Assembly (NCBI GenBank): GCA_027459725.1
Contig: DAIDHK010000003.1
Span: 64,931-128,930, forward strand
DNA from: Candidatus Levyibacteriota bacterium
GTDB lineage: Bacteria > Patescibacteriota > Microgenomatia > Levybacterales > UBA12049
DNA length: 64,000 bases
Direction: 5' to 3'
Positions within the stretch are counted from its first letter, which is position 1. Each line of letters opens with the position of its first letter. The notes under the pieces were generated by a model. That model was not told where the DNA came from. It did not search any database and was given only the letters and a program-made list of their open reading frames with translations. Made by a program: the position numbers and the translations under genes. Positions 1 to 9,684 of the stretch are shown piece by piece.

Positions 1-5
1 CAGGT

Positions 6-587
6 GTGCTTGCTTTTATAAGCCAATACCTTTTTTATCTATGCTCACCTGCTGATTCTTTTACTTACTGGCTGCCTTACACTGGCTTATTTGTCGCAGG
101 CTATTTTTTTGGGAATAACGCAAATAACATTAAGAGTAGTAAACTGTTAATAACTTACTCAATTGCTTTACTATTTACCATCGGTTTAGGCTATTTTTAC
201 TATTTCTTGCATAATCAAGGAAATCATCTACTTGATTCACACGGCTGTCTTTCTTTTTATTCTGATTCATACCTCAGCATAAATGTTGTCATTATGGCTC
301 TCTGTACATTTATATTACTAATTAGGCTTAAATTCCAATCACTTTTAGTAAATCCATTTACTAAAAAACTTATCTTTTCAATTGCCAGAGCTTCGCTGGG
401 AATTTATGTACTCCATACTTTTTTTCTAGATATTCTTGATTCAAGATTTCATTTATTTGACCATATTGCTCCGGCGTGGATATATATTTTCATAAAGTGG
501 TTTGTAATTTTTGCATTATCTTATATTAGTACTATCATGCTTATGAAAATTCCTTTAATAAAGAGGGTCTTTGGAGAAACCAAATAA
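6..587 (+). CDS. Polytopic membrane protein, possibly the C-terminal part of an acyltransferase-3-family (OafA/OpgC-like) protein; the ORF may start upstream of the window
   Basis: ORF runs from the window edge; multiple hydrophobic helices; weak resemblance to acyltransferase family 3. Confidence 0.35.
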   Translation: MLAFISQYLFYLCSPADSFTYWLPYTGLFVAGYFFGNNANNIKSSKLLITYSIALLFTIGLGYFYYFLHNQGNHLLDSHGCLSFYSDSYLSINVVIMALCTFILLIRLKFQSLLVNPFTKKLIFSIARASLGIYVLHTFFLDILDSRFHLFDHIAPAWIYIFIKWFVIFALSYISTIMLMKIPLIKRVFGETK

Positions 588-639
588 AAGTTATGATTCC
601 ATGTTAGTTCTATAACTATGGAATGGAATAATTACAAAT

Positions 640-2158
640 ATGAAAGCAGTTATTTTAGCCAGAGTTTCAACGGCAAGACATGAAGAGGAAGGACTTTCTT
701 TAGATAACCAGCTATAAACTCTACATGACTATGCTCAAAAAAAAGAACTTGAGGTAGTAAGAGAGTACAGATTTAGTGAAAGTGCAGACCGCAAGATTAG
801 AAAAAAGCTCCTCGAAATGGTTGGCTACGTCGTTAAGCAACATCCTGAAGTCAAAGCCGTTATAGCTTACAGAGTTGGCCGGATAACAAGAAAATATCGT
901 GATGCCGTTGCAATGGATGACCTACGACTTGATTGCGACAAAGAACTTCATCTAGTTTATAACCGACTAATAATGGATAAGACAACAGTAGGACGGGAGA
1001 TTGTAGACTGGGACTTGAAAGTGTTTTTAGCCAAACAATACCTAAACCGCTTGAAAAAGGATGCTAAAAATAGTGCCATGTATAAACTGAAAAATAACGA
1101 ATGGCTTCAAAAAGCTCCTTACGGATACCAGAATATAACGCAGGAAGACAAAAAGAAATGGATAATACCTGACCCATTTGAAGCAAAAGTTGTTGAAAAA
1201 ATGTACGAGTGGTATTCATCAGGCAGTTTTTCCATGCTTGAGGTACGAGGTAAGGTCAAAGAAGTATTTGATCTTACCTTTTCAAAAAGATACGTTAACG
1301 CAATTCTCAAGAATAAATTTTACTACGGCATTATGGTATATGACGACAAAGAATATCCTCACAATTATGAACCGATAATAGCACCTGACTTATTTGAAAA
1401 AGTTCAACAAATAAAGGCTGGCTATAACAGGAAGCATTTTAAATTTACTGGCTTACCTTATGTTTATAGAGGGTTTTACAATGCATGACGTGCGTGTGCA
1501 TGATTACACCTGAAAAGAAAAAAGGTAAATATATTTATTACCATTGCACGCAATATCGCGGCAAACACGAAAACGCAAAATGGGTAACAGAGGATGATCT
1601 AACAAGCCAATTCAAACAATACTTCAGTGGCTTTGAGATGTCTCAGGAAGCCGTAGATGATATAACACAGAGCATATGAGAAGCAGACAAGGATAAATCT
1701 TATTTTCATCGTTCTTTACTGGATAATTACAATGCACGGTACCAAAAATATGAAGATATGATTGAGCGTGCTGCGGTAGTATTACTGAGAGTTACTATAA
1801 CAAAAAGCGTGATGAGTTAAGGAGAAAACAGAAGAGTATACAAAAGAAGATAGCCAAACTACAAATCGCTGACGAAGAGTATTATATAACCTCAGATTAC
1901 ATCTTAGACCTTGCAAAACGAGCGCCTGAATTGTATGAAAGTTCTGAACCGATTGAAAAACGACAACTTTTGAAATTTACACTTCAGAATTAGCAATTAG
2001 ATGGTAGTTTAGCTTGCTATGACGAGATAAAACCATTTGACACAATACGAAAATATGCAATGCGTCAAGCTTGGCTCCACATCGTACACAACGTTAGAAT
2101 TATTCTAGAAAGACAAGATGAGTATATTTACATACCAGACTTAAGACAAGTTGCATAA
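640..2158 (+). pseudogene. Large serine recombinase (resolvase/invertase-family integrase), disrupted
   Basis: N-terminal 'AVILARVSTARHEEEGLSLDNQL' ends at an in-frame TAA (715-717). The same frame then continues as ORF 817-1488, which is homologous to the intact recombinase at 20534-21997 (GSFSM, KFTGLPYVYRG). At least two further frameshifts follow (1485-1679 'YYHCTQYRGKH' zinc-ribbon part, then C-terminal fragments to ~2158). Confidence 0.7.
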
Positions 2159-2213
2159 ATTGACTCGCCACGCATTCCGCATGATATTTCCAGTTACAAA
2201 CCGATTTTAAAAC

Positions 2214-2738
2214 TCATTGTAGACCAATACTATAACGTACTTCGTTTACTTTAAAACCCCTGCTGTGAGTAACTGTCTTCGTTCTCCCTTCAACTCTCCA
2301 CCCTTTTGATTCATACCATTTCCTCGTTTTTTCATTTGTATCTAATACCCATAATGTAGCTTTTTTATATCCATCTTCTTTTAAAACTTTTTTTGCTCTT
2401 TTCATTAACTTCGATCCTACACCTTGGTTTGCATATGCAGGTAATATATAAATTCCATGCAATTCTCCTGTATCCTTTGATACATCCTCATCACGATTGA
2501 CGCCGAATGTACACCATCCCACCACTTGACCATTGACTTCTGCAACATAAGCATATACACCTTTTTCTAAATTCTCAAGTTGATTTTTCCAGCTTTCTGT
2601 CCTCTTATTTATGGATAAACTGTCCAAGTAAGAATCTGGAATTTGTCCTTTATATGCGTGTTGCCAGGTTTTTATATGAACAGTAGCAATTCCATAAGCA
2701 TCATTTGGCTCTGCGAGCCTAATACGAACGTCTTTCAT
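2214..2738 (-). CDS. GNAT family N-acetyltransferase
   Basis: Typical GNAT acetyl-CoA motif 'VNGQVVGWCTF...QGVGSKLM'; 174 aa. Confidence 0.8.
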   Translation of the reverse strand: MKDVRIRLAEPNDAYGIATVHIKTWQHAYKGQIPDSYLDSLSINKRTESWKNQLENLEKGVYAYVAEVNGQVVGWCTFGVNRDEDVSKDTGELHGIYILPAYANQGVGSKLMKRAKKVLKEDGYKKATLWVLDTNEKTRKWYESKGWRVEGRTKTVTHSRGFKVNEVRYSIGLQ

Positions 2739-2951
2739 ACCTGAATTATATCAGGTTCAAATCCCACTGAGGTCATTTTTGTTTTGAGACAACGAAAAAA
2801 ATGAGTTCATGGCTAGCTATCGATGCTCCCCTAGTTACACTACCTCATACCAATAGATTACGCGCCTGCAGTCCAACCTATTTTTAATGTTGGATACTTT
2901 GTAGAGATGAAACAGAAATGGGAAGAAATAAGATGATTACAAAACAATCAC

Positions 2952-3164
2952 TTACTCCGAAATTTTTAGTGCCTCTAGTTGCTTTGGAGGACACTTGCTA
3001 TCTGCATACGAGCAAAAAACACAACAGTCTCCTTCTTTTGGTTTAAGCATCTGTCCACAGTGAATACATTTATAGAAATGCTGGCAGGCATTTGTCGGCA
3101 TCTCTACCTCCTGAATAAAGTGACAAAAGGGGCATGTCAGATGTGCTTTTGTTTGAATATCCAT
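2952..3164 (-). CDS. GDCCVxC-domain small zinc-ribbon protein. Probable true start is at the internal Met; the track ORF extends to 3221 into the IS terminal repeat
   Basis: Motifs 'CPFCHF', 'CIHCGQ', 'GDCCVFCSY'. Confidence 0.45.
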   Translation of the reverse strand: MDIQTKAHLTCPFCHFIQEVEMPTNACQHFYKCIHCGQMLKPKEGDCCVFCSYADSKCPPKQLEALKISE

Positions 3165-3169
3165 ATATT

Positions 3170-4310
3170 CATTATAGCACTGCATTGAATAGATACCCTG
3201 TAATGTACGCGTCACCCACATTTCGGAAGATTGGTTTCAATAAAAGTAATTGGTGACATGTAATGAAGTGACCTATGAGGTCTTTGATAATTGTACCAGA
3301 AGAGATATTTGGTGAGTTTTCTGTTCATAGCTGGGATATCATAGTAGATCTCATCATTTCGTAAGATAAACTCCTCTTGTATCGTTCGGTTAAAACGCTC
3401 AATGTAGGAATTAATCTTTGGCATGCGAGGATAAATGAATTGGTGCTTTATATGCTGTTCTTCTAAGTAGGCATGAAAATTTTTGAGAAACTCCGAGCCA
3501 TTATCTGTATGCACAGTGTGAATCTTTGTTGGATTCACTTCCTGAAACTGCTGGAATACGTTCTTCGCCATTGCTGAGGAGAGATTGGGTACATAGACAG
3601 CAAGAGCAACTTTGGTAAACACATCAATCACATTCATAAACAAATGTTTCTCGTAGTTAATGTACACTACCACGGAGTCCATCTCCACAAAGCCAGGTGT
3701 GTTCACTTTTGGAGATTTTCGAACTCTGAGCTTTTTGAACTTGTTTTGCTGCTTCTGTGGATACACTCTATGCTCAAACGTAAACTTTCTTCTTTTGATA
3801 ATCTTCCCAATAGTAGTAGCACTGATACTTGCAATGCCAAGCTCTTTTGCATACGCATCCATAAAGGGTTTAATGATATTCTTGCCAATATTTCCATGCT
3901 CTTTGCGTAGTTCTTTAATCAGCGCTATCAATCGCCAGTCTGTCTCCATCTTGCGTACATGTTCAGGTCGTGTCCCGTGAGGTACAAGGCTGCTGACTCG
4001 TCTTCCATGCTTTTCAAACGTTCGCTTCCAGGTGTGGAGTGTTGTTTTCTTTAGTTTAAATGCTTCTAGTGTTGGTTTGAGTCCATATTTGTAGTAATGG
4101 GTAAGCACATGGTAACGAAACTGAGCAATGTCTGAAACTTCTTTTGAAAGACTATCCTGCAGCATTTTCATCTGCCATATGATAGCTCTTTTGTGAGTAT
4201 TTTGGTCGTAAATATCTGACTCGTTTAAAATCTGTTGGCATAGTCTGTTTTTATGCCATCGTCCGAAATGTATCGCTACTTATTCAATAGTTATAATAAG
4301 ACGCTATAAG
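3170..4310 (-). mobile_element. IS481-family insertion sequence (approximate ends)
   Basis: Single transposase ORF flanked by imperfect terminal inverted repeats. Left: 'TTATAGC...CATTGAATAG...ACATTTCGGA' at ~3172-3228. Right: 'TCCGAAATGT...TATTCAATAG...GCTATAA' at ~4262-4309. The transposase stop lies inside the repeat, as is usual for IS481. Confidence 0.5.
3212..4171 (-). CDS. IS481-family DDE transposase (rve integrase core)
   Basis: 319 aa with an N-terminal HTH and a DDE core ('HTDNGSEF', 'YIERFNRTIQEE', 'YNYQRPHRSL'). Confidence 0.8.
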   Translation of the reverse strand: MKMLQDSLSKEVSDIAQFRYHVLTHYYKYGLKPTLEAFKLKKTTLHTWKRTFEKHGRRVSSLVPHGTRPEHVRKMETDWRLIALIKELRKEHGNIGKNIIKPFMDAYAKELGIASISATTIGKIIKRRKFTFEHRVYPQKQQNKFKKLRVRKSPKVNTPGFVEMDSVVVYINYEKHLFMNVIDVFTKVALAVYVPNLSSAMAKNVFQQFQEVNPTKIHTVHTDNGSEFLKNFHAYLEEQHIKHQFIYPRMPKINSYIERFNRTIQEEFILRNDEIYYDIPAMNRKLTKYLFWYNYQRPHRSLHYMSPITFIETNLPKCG

Positions 4311-4494
4311 AGGGTCTGAGATGCTCTAAATATAACTTGCTCCCTCAGCCTTGGATTACTCTTAGCATAAACTATACTTCAATCATTCAATTTTTTCGGG
4401 ATGAGAGATATATTGGAGAATTGAGACAGAGGTGGATAGAAATAAAAAAGTTACAAAGCGTAAATTCTTTAACAATTTAGTTTTTACCAAGCTA

Positions 4495-4677
4495 TTATCT
4501 GTTGCTTTTATTTAATCCAGCATAATATCCAGCAAAAAGTAGGAGTATACCCATTAGGATAAGTGGTAAAACAATAAAAATTGGTTTTACTGACGGCGTT
4601 GCAGCAATTGGCGCAGAGGAAGCTGCTGAGACACAGGCAAGAACACTTAGAATAATTGATTTACGCTTATTGTCCAT
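4495..4677 (-). CDS. Small hydrophobic membrane protein
   Basis: 60-aa ORF with two predicted TM helices. Confidence 0.25.
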   Translation of the reverse strand: MDNKRKSIILSVLACVSAASSAPIAATPSVKPIFIVLPLILMGILLLFAGYYAGLNKSNR

Positions 4678-4721
4678 AATGTTATTTTTGTTACCAGTCT
4701 TCCTGATTATAAAAACACTTT

Positions 4722-5114
4722 TTACTTAACTTTCTTTTCTGTATTTATTTTTACTGCTTCTTGGATAAGTGCTTTTAACGCTGCTTCGTCAATTTTTCCA
4801 TTTTCAAAGAAATCAATTGCGCGAACAGTTTTACTATCAAGCCGTGTGTTGAAAAGCTTCTTTGGGTCTTTTATCTGAGCTCCTTTAGGAAAAGTGAGTC
4901 TTACTGCATTCTTAAGGGTATCTGCAACACAAAGCATTCCATCATGAGACCAAACAGGAACTCCTTCTGGTTTGGAAGGCTTTTTCCACTTCACCTCCTC
5001 TATTATTTGTAGATCCGCATTTTTTAATATATCTCGAAGCTGTGATAGTACCTTGCGCCGCCAATCACTTATATTTCTGATTATGTCGTCTATTTCTTGA
5101 GATGGAGTTTTCAT
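4722..5114 (-). CDS. DUF1801 (YdhG-like) domain protein
   Basis: 130 aa; pattern 'IDDIIRNISDWRRKVLSQLRDIL...VKWKKPS' resembles the DUF1801 family. Confidence 0.5.
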   Translation of the reverse strand: MKTPSQEIDDIIRNISDWRRKVLSQLRDILKNADLQIIEEVKWKKPSKPEGVPVWSHDGMLCVADTLKNAVRLTFPKGAQIKDPKKLFNTRLDSKTVRAIDFFENGKIDEAALKALIQEAVKINTEKKVK

Positions 5115-5133
5115 TTCTTCTATTATACAGTAA

Positions 5134-5619
5134 ATGTCAAAAAGTCGGTTGTGCTACACTTATTTTATGGCTATTCTACTATTGAAAATCTTATTGTTGC
5201 TCCTTAGTATTCATGCAGTGGTAAAGCCTTTGTTTTTCTACTTTCTTAGCTACAATACTAGACGCAAACAGCTCGATAAATCGTACGGAAATAAAAATAC
5301 TGCCACAAAATTATTCGACAATGTGATTTTGTTGGTTTTGCTAGTTTTAATTATCTTGCTGGTTATCTCTGGACAAATGCAGTATATAAGTTTTGCGGTT
5401 GGGTTATATGTTGGCGCTACTTTAATTCAAGTATATTTTCATAGTTTTTCCAGTCAGTTACCAGAAGATAAAGCTCCTAAATCACCTACATCTCCAATAA
5501 AAATCATGTCTTATGCAATTCAGGCAAACCCTGAAAAACCTTGGAAATCTCTTTTATTTATTAGTGTTCTTTTCCTTTGGGTTATCTATATGCTTTTGAC
5601 GATAGGATTCAAGTTATAA
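5134..5619 (+). CDS. Hypothetical membrane protein
   Basis: ORF with several hydrophobic segments. Confidence 0.35.
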   Translation: MSKSRLCYTYFMAILLLKILLLLLSIHAVVKPLFFYFLSYNTRRKQLDKSYGNKNTATKLFDNVILLVLLVLIILLVISGQMQYISFAVGLYVGATLIQVYFHSFSSQLPEDKAPKSPTSPIKIMSYAIQANPEKPWKSLLFISVLFLWVIYMLLTIGFKL

Positions 5620-5766
5620 TAAGAAGCTACCCATCACTCTCTGAGGTTCTAACTCTAACCTTGCTCACACTGATCAACACGTTTAGAACCTATGATTGGC
5701 TAAATGAGTATGAACCGATGGATATGACCACGAGATATATGCAGGGGATAATTATATAGTTCCTCG

Positions 5767-6525
5767 TTATTTTGTCGGTACTGCAGTTTCACAAATATAG
5801 AGTATGTTATCAATGAGCTTGAGATCCCGAGGTGTTATCTCTCCTCGTACTCTTTTGGTTCCCAGGGACGCATTTAGGTTGTTTAATATATCAGGTCTAT
5901 TATCAAAATCTATGGGCACATGGCTCAACTTCAAAGCCTTTCCGTGCACGTCGAATAGATAATTTGTTTCGAACCCGTTATATCCGGTTTCCTCTAAGTA
6001 GGCAAGTGCTCTGTCTCTGCTACTGTCTTCCATATGCGCTCCTACTGCTACACTATGCATAGGATCAACACCTAGTGGTTTTAGCTCATCTCTACGAAAG
6101 TGTTCTATATTAGCTTCAAAAACAATTCCGCCATTGCCTAAAGCAGTCGGGATAAAACCTTTACCACCATATAAGACTCTCTTTTTTGCTAAAATTCCAA
6201 AATCTTCATACTCGTACATCAAATCTAATGATTTGTTTCCAAAGGTAAACTGAATAATTCCATTCGCATTTGTAGGAACTCTTGAAAGTACGTCGCCTAT
6301 ATTATACACACGAGTTGCCAATTCTTGGATAGTTAGTTCAACTTCACCTAAAATATTGTTGCGACCAATTGAATCAGGAATCAAACCTCTTCTTCTAAGA
6401 ACAGATGCTTCTCTTCGAAGATGTTGTGCGCCCGTGCTGTAACCAAATCTTGCAAGATCTATAGCTAATTTTTCTAATTCTGCTGCCATGGAAGGAATAC
6501 TATCAGATTTAAAGGAAGAATACAA
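5767..6525 (-). CDS. Hypothetical protein
   Basis: 252-aa ORF with protein-like composition and no recognisable motif. Confidence 0.45.
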   Translation of the reverse strand: MYSSFKSDSIPSMAAELEKLAIDLARFGYSTGAQHLRREASVLRRRGLIPDSIGRNNILGEVELTIQELATRVYNIGDVLSRVPTNANGIIQFTFGNKSLDLMYEYEDFGILAKKRVLYGGKGFIPTALGNGGIVFEANIEHFRRDELKPLGVDPMHSVAVGAHMEDSSRDRALAYLEETGYNGFETNYLFDVHGKALKLSHVPIDFDNRPDILNNLNASLGTKRVRGEITPRDLKLIDNILYICETAVPTK

Positions 6526-6719
6526 CTATAAGATGTTATCCTCATGCTTATCATAGTACAAAGTCATTTTGCATTTGAATTAATTCTTCAATTAAGAAAA
6601 CTATATAATCAAAAAATTGTGAAAGCTCAGAATAGTCTTTGCTAACGATCCTTGTCACTCCACGCTGTTTTAATTGTTCATTAAACTCCGTTCAGTTTAC
6701 GATATTTGAGAAAAGTACA

Positions 6720-7937
6720 TTACTGACTTTCTAGAAGCGATGATAGCTGTCGGTTAATAAAAAATAGTGTTGACGAGCCTGTAATATCATAAATTTGGCT
6801 TGCATAAGTCTCAATTTCAAACTTATTCCAATCGAAGTTATTAAATTGGTTCTTATTCATCTGGATCTGCAAAATACCTGCGGTGTTATCTGCATTAACT
6901 GTGTGTGTAGCTATATAAGCAATTTGAATTTGCTGAACTGCATCAAATCCAAATACCGAATTTCCAAAAATTTGTAGATCTAATGCAGCATCATTCATGA
7001 TTGACATATCATTTAAATAATCATTTGATTCAAAGGTAAGAATTGCTATCCCATTTAAATCATCGAAGGTAATCTCAGCATCCTTATTTCCGCCATTCGA
7101 TAAATAGGCTTGTGTTAGTTGATATCTTATTGTACCCGGTATAGGCGTAGGAAGATCTTGCTTAATAAGCGATATGGATGTTGTGGGTACAGAGGTTGGT
7201 GTCGATCCTGAAGTGCTTTGAGCAGTTGGAAGAGCTGTAACTTGATGATTGTCCATTTCATAACACGACCCAGCTTCCTTCCAGCCCAGCGAACCGTTAC
7301 CAAGGTAGGTACACCAGAGACCGGGTATAACCTGCAATTCAAGATCAGATGCATCATCGCCCCAATTAATTTCTTCTGCTGTTTTCTTATCGAGCTTTGT
7401 CCCTATGAATTCTTGATACGTCGTATGTCCATATTGATCTTCCACTGGTCCCCAAGCACCAATATTTACCAGCTGTACCGGAGGTTTACTGTTATGATAG
7501 ATTGCCGTATAGATATCACTCATATCTTTTTTAATACCATCTCTCGTAAGTGAATTAGAAAAGTTTTGGTTAATATTGAAATCCACATTCACGGTCTGAC
7601 TATCGGAATTATACTCAAAATCCCGAAGCCGCGGTTGTGGGGGGGTATCATTATTGCTACCGGACAAGATATCTGCAACGGATGGAAATTTTGTAATATC
7701 TTTGTTTGCTTGGAGAATTTTTTGAGGAATATTAATTTGAGGAGATGAATTGCTCGCAGGTGTAGTAATGCCACCTAAAACCAAAAAAATAATTGCTGCT
7801 ATACCCCAGCCAAGAGATAGATTTTTACGGGAAGGGATTGATCCTGTCTTTTTGTTTTTATAGCTACTTGGACTGATGATACCTATAATAAGTGTGATCA
7901 GTGAAAACAAAAAAAGGAGAATAAAAATATAGTTCAT
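6720..7937 (-). CDS. Membrane-anchored secreted two-domain protein with a Ser/Thr-rich linker
   Basis: N-terminal TM helix and an S/T/P linker 'QSTSGSTPTSVPTTS'; start overlaps the upstream ORF (ATGA). Confidence 0.45.
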   Translation of the reverse strand: MNYIFILLFLFSLITLIIGIISPSSYKNKKTGSIPSRKNLSLGWGIAAIIFLVLGGITTPASNSSPQINIPQKILQANKDITKFPSVADILSGSNNDTPPQPRLRDFEYNSDSQTVNVDFNINQNFSNSLTRDGIKKDMSDIYTAIYHNSKPPVQLVNIGAWGPVEDQYGHTTYQEFIGTKLDKKTAEEINWGDDASDLELQVIPGLWCTYLGNGSLGWKEAGSCYEMDNHQVTALPTAQSTSGSTPTSVPTTSISLIKQDLPTPIPGTIRYQLTQAYLSNGGNKDAEITFDDLNGIAILTFESNDYLNDMSIMNDAALDLQIFGNSVFGFDAVQQIQIAYIATHTVNADNTAGILQIQMNKNQFNNFDWNKFEIETYASQIYDITGSSTLFFINRQLSSLLESQ

Positions 7938-8164
7938 AACTTTTGTACGAAAGTTATCAGATAACCAATACTAAATCCAGCATAGTAAGCAATCGTGTCA
8001 AGATCTAAAACAAAAAGAAGTAGAGCGATAATGCCCAAAAAGAACAGAATTATCTTACGACTGATTTTATCTCGAAACAGTTTCAGGGCTATCACTGGCA
8101 CAAATATCTCTAACAGGAATAACAAGATCGTTAGAAAGAAAAGAATACCAAGTACGGCGTGCAT
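7934..8164 (-). CDS. Small membrane protein, translationally coupled to 6720-7937
   Basis: 76 aa with 2-3 TM helices; its stop overlaps the downstream start. Confidence 0.35.
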   Translation of the reverse strand: MHAVLGILFFLTILLFLLEIFVPVIALKLFRDKISRKIILFFLGIIALLLFVLDLDTIAYYAGFSIGYLITFVQKL

Positions 8165-8280
8165 AAATAGCTTACCTCATCACTATAACACTTACTTTCA
8201 GCTTGTCAAGGCTCTTTTCGTGCGCAAAGTATGTATATATCGCTAATCCTGCTTGTTATTATTGTGGAAAATGTCGCTAT

Positions 8281-8505
8281 ATGGCATTTTATTTTACCAA
8301 TAGTCAGAAAGAGGAGATCGGGAAAAACATCCGTCGGATCAGACGGAAGAAAGGCTTAAAACAGATCGATGTAGCGACCGCCGCTACGATCAATGAATCT
8401 TATTACTCCAAGGTAGAAAAGGGTCTGGCGAATATCACGCTCGAAAAGCTCTATAAAATTGTAAAAGCGCTGGACAGCCGAAGCGAAGATATTTTACCAT
8501 TCTAA
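8281..8505 (+). CDS. XRE-family helix-turn-helix transcriptional regulator
   Basis: HTH 'IRRIRRKKGLKQIDVATAATINESYYSKVEKG'. Start is placed at the internal Met because the track ORF's N-terminal 26 aa look non-coding. Confidence 0.6.
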   Translation: MAFYFTNSQKEEIGKNIRRIRRKKGLKQIDVATAATINESYYSKVEKGLANITLEKLYKIVKALDSRSEDILPF

Positions 8506-8538
8506 TCCTCATTCTTTACCAAGTCCACGCTTCACATA

Positions 8539-9324
8539 TTGATGCTCTCGAGGTATACTCCATCTATCAAAATTAAAATGAAAATAAGAATAATTGAATC
8601 ACATCCTCTCGTAGGTAAAAACGCTAAATTTACTACTGATGAAAAAAAGTTTATTCTTCTACTCCAACAAGATGATCTTCTTGAGAAGGAGGTAATGAGG
8701 GTAAGATATAATCTTCATTTCCCAAAAGAGGGATTTAATATCGAAACTCAGTATGATATTGAAAAAATCATAACTCCTGTTCAATACAATAAAGTTATGA
8801 AATATGCAGCATATTTCATGCTGCTAGAATATGGCTATGAAATCAAGTTGCCCGCCTACTGGATACAAAGCTTTAAACAGATCATCCTTTATAGCGCGGT
8901 ATTGCCATTTATTAATAAGACTCATGAACCATTTGAAGCTGTCATTGTCAAGCAAGATAGCGAAGTAATGGTAACTATGAAAATCTCAGAAAAGATAGAC
9001 ATAGTGCAAGTTGCTGTAGAGCTAATAAAACAAGGACTCCCATTGCTACTTGATGAGTTACCTTCTGTACCCAGAATAAATAAACCCCTAGAGACAGTCG
9101 AGCGTGACACTCTATTGGCTGATTTAAAAAAAGACAAAAGTAATCAAGGAGTGATAAATGAAATTAATAAAAATCCTCAACTGCAAAAAATAATCGGTTT
9201 TATAGAAGAAGACTCGCTCCAGCCTGTTAGATCACGATATGAAAAGAAAGCATCATCAATACTCAAACTATCAGAACGTAAAATGCTCCACTTACTAATG
9301 AATGAGTTCAAGCTTGATCAGTGA
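8539..9324 (+). CDS. Hypothetical protein
   Basis: 261-aa ORF immediately downstream of the XRE regulator. Confidence 0.45.
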   Translation: MMLSRYTPSIKIKMKIRIIESHPLVGKNAKFTTDEKKFILLLQQDDLLEKEVMRVRYNLHFPKEGFNIETQYDIEKIITPVQYNKVMKYAAYFMLLEYGYEIKLPAYWIQSFKQIILYSAVLPFINKTHEPFEAVIVKQDSEVMVTMKISEKIDIVQVAVELIKQGLPLLLDELPSVPRINKPLETVERDTLLADLKKDKSNQGVINEINKNPQLQKIIGFIEEDSLQPVRSRYEKKASSILKLSERKMLHLLMNEFKLDQ

Positions 9325-9411
9325 CGCATTGAATTTCTCCCTAAACACATGATATGCATTAAATGTTTTATGCAAGCAACGTAAATTTGTCTATACTGCT
9401 GCAAAATAAAT

Positions 9412-9684
9412 ATGAATCCAGCAGTTGATCTCTATTTCAAAACTCAAAGTCTCAACATTGCCTGCTTCTTGTTTGCCAAAGGGTTTGAACTCGTCAATAT
9501 CGATACCACTGTTGATCCCAAACGCGCAATGTTTGTCTTCGTTGATACTCCTGATCGCGAGCTTTTGCTCCAACAATATAGTTTTGCTCCTGAGGATAGT
9601 CCAACGGTGATATGCGACGTGCGGAAAATATTCTCCTCCCTGCGAACACTCAAAGAGAAATTGTACCAAGCAAAATATGAATAA
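9412..9684 (+). CDS. DUF5659-domain protein
   Basis: Pattern 'DLYFKTQSLNIACFLFAKGFELVNID...AMFVFVDT...LLLQQYSF' matches the small plasmid/phage-associated DUF5659 family. Preferred over the antisense ORF 9391-9780. Confidence 0.5.
   Translation: MNPAVDLYFKTQSLNIACFLFAKGFELVNIDTTVDPKRAMFVFVDTPDRELLLQQYSFAPEDSPTVICDVRKIFSSLRTLKEKLYQAKYE

Noticed and set aside
1119-1378. Short ORFs on both strands within the recombinase pseudogene
   Set aside because: Internal to homologous recombinase reading frames; these are frame shadows
2739-2775. tRNA-like T-arm motif GGTTCAAATCC next to the GNAT gene start, possibly a tRNA fragment or old attachment site
   Set aside because: Flanking bases cannot form a T-stem beyond 2 bp, and no acceptor or anticodon arms can be drawn. 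Treated as chance or an undetectably degraded remnant
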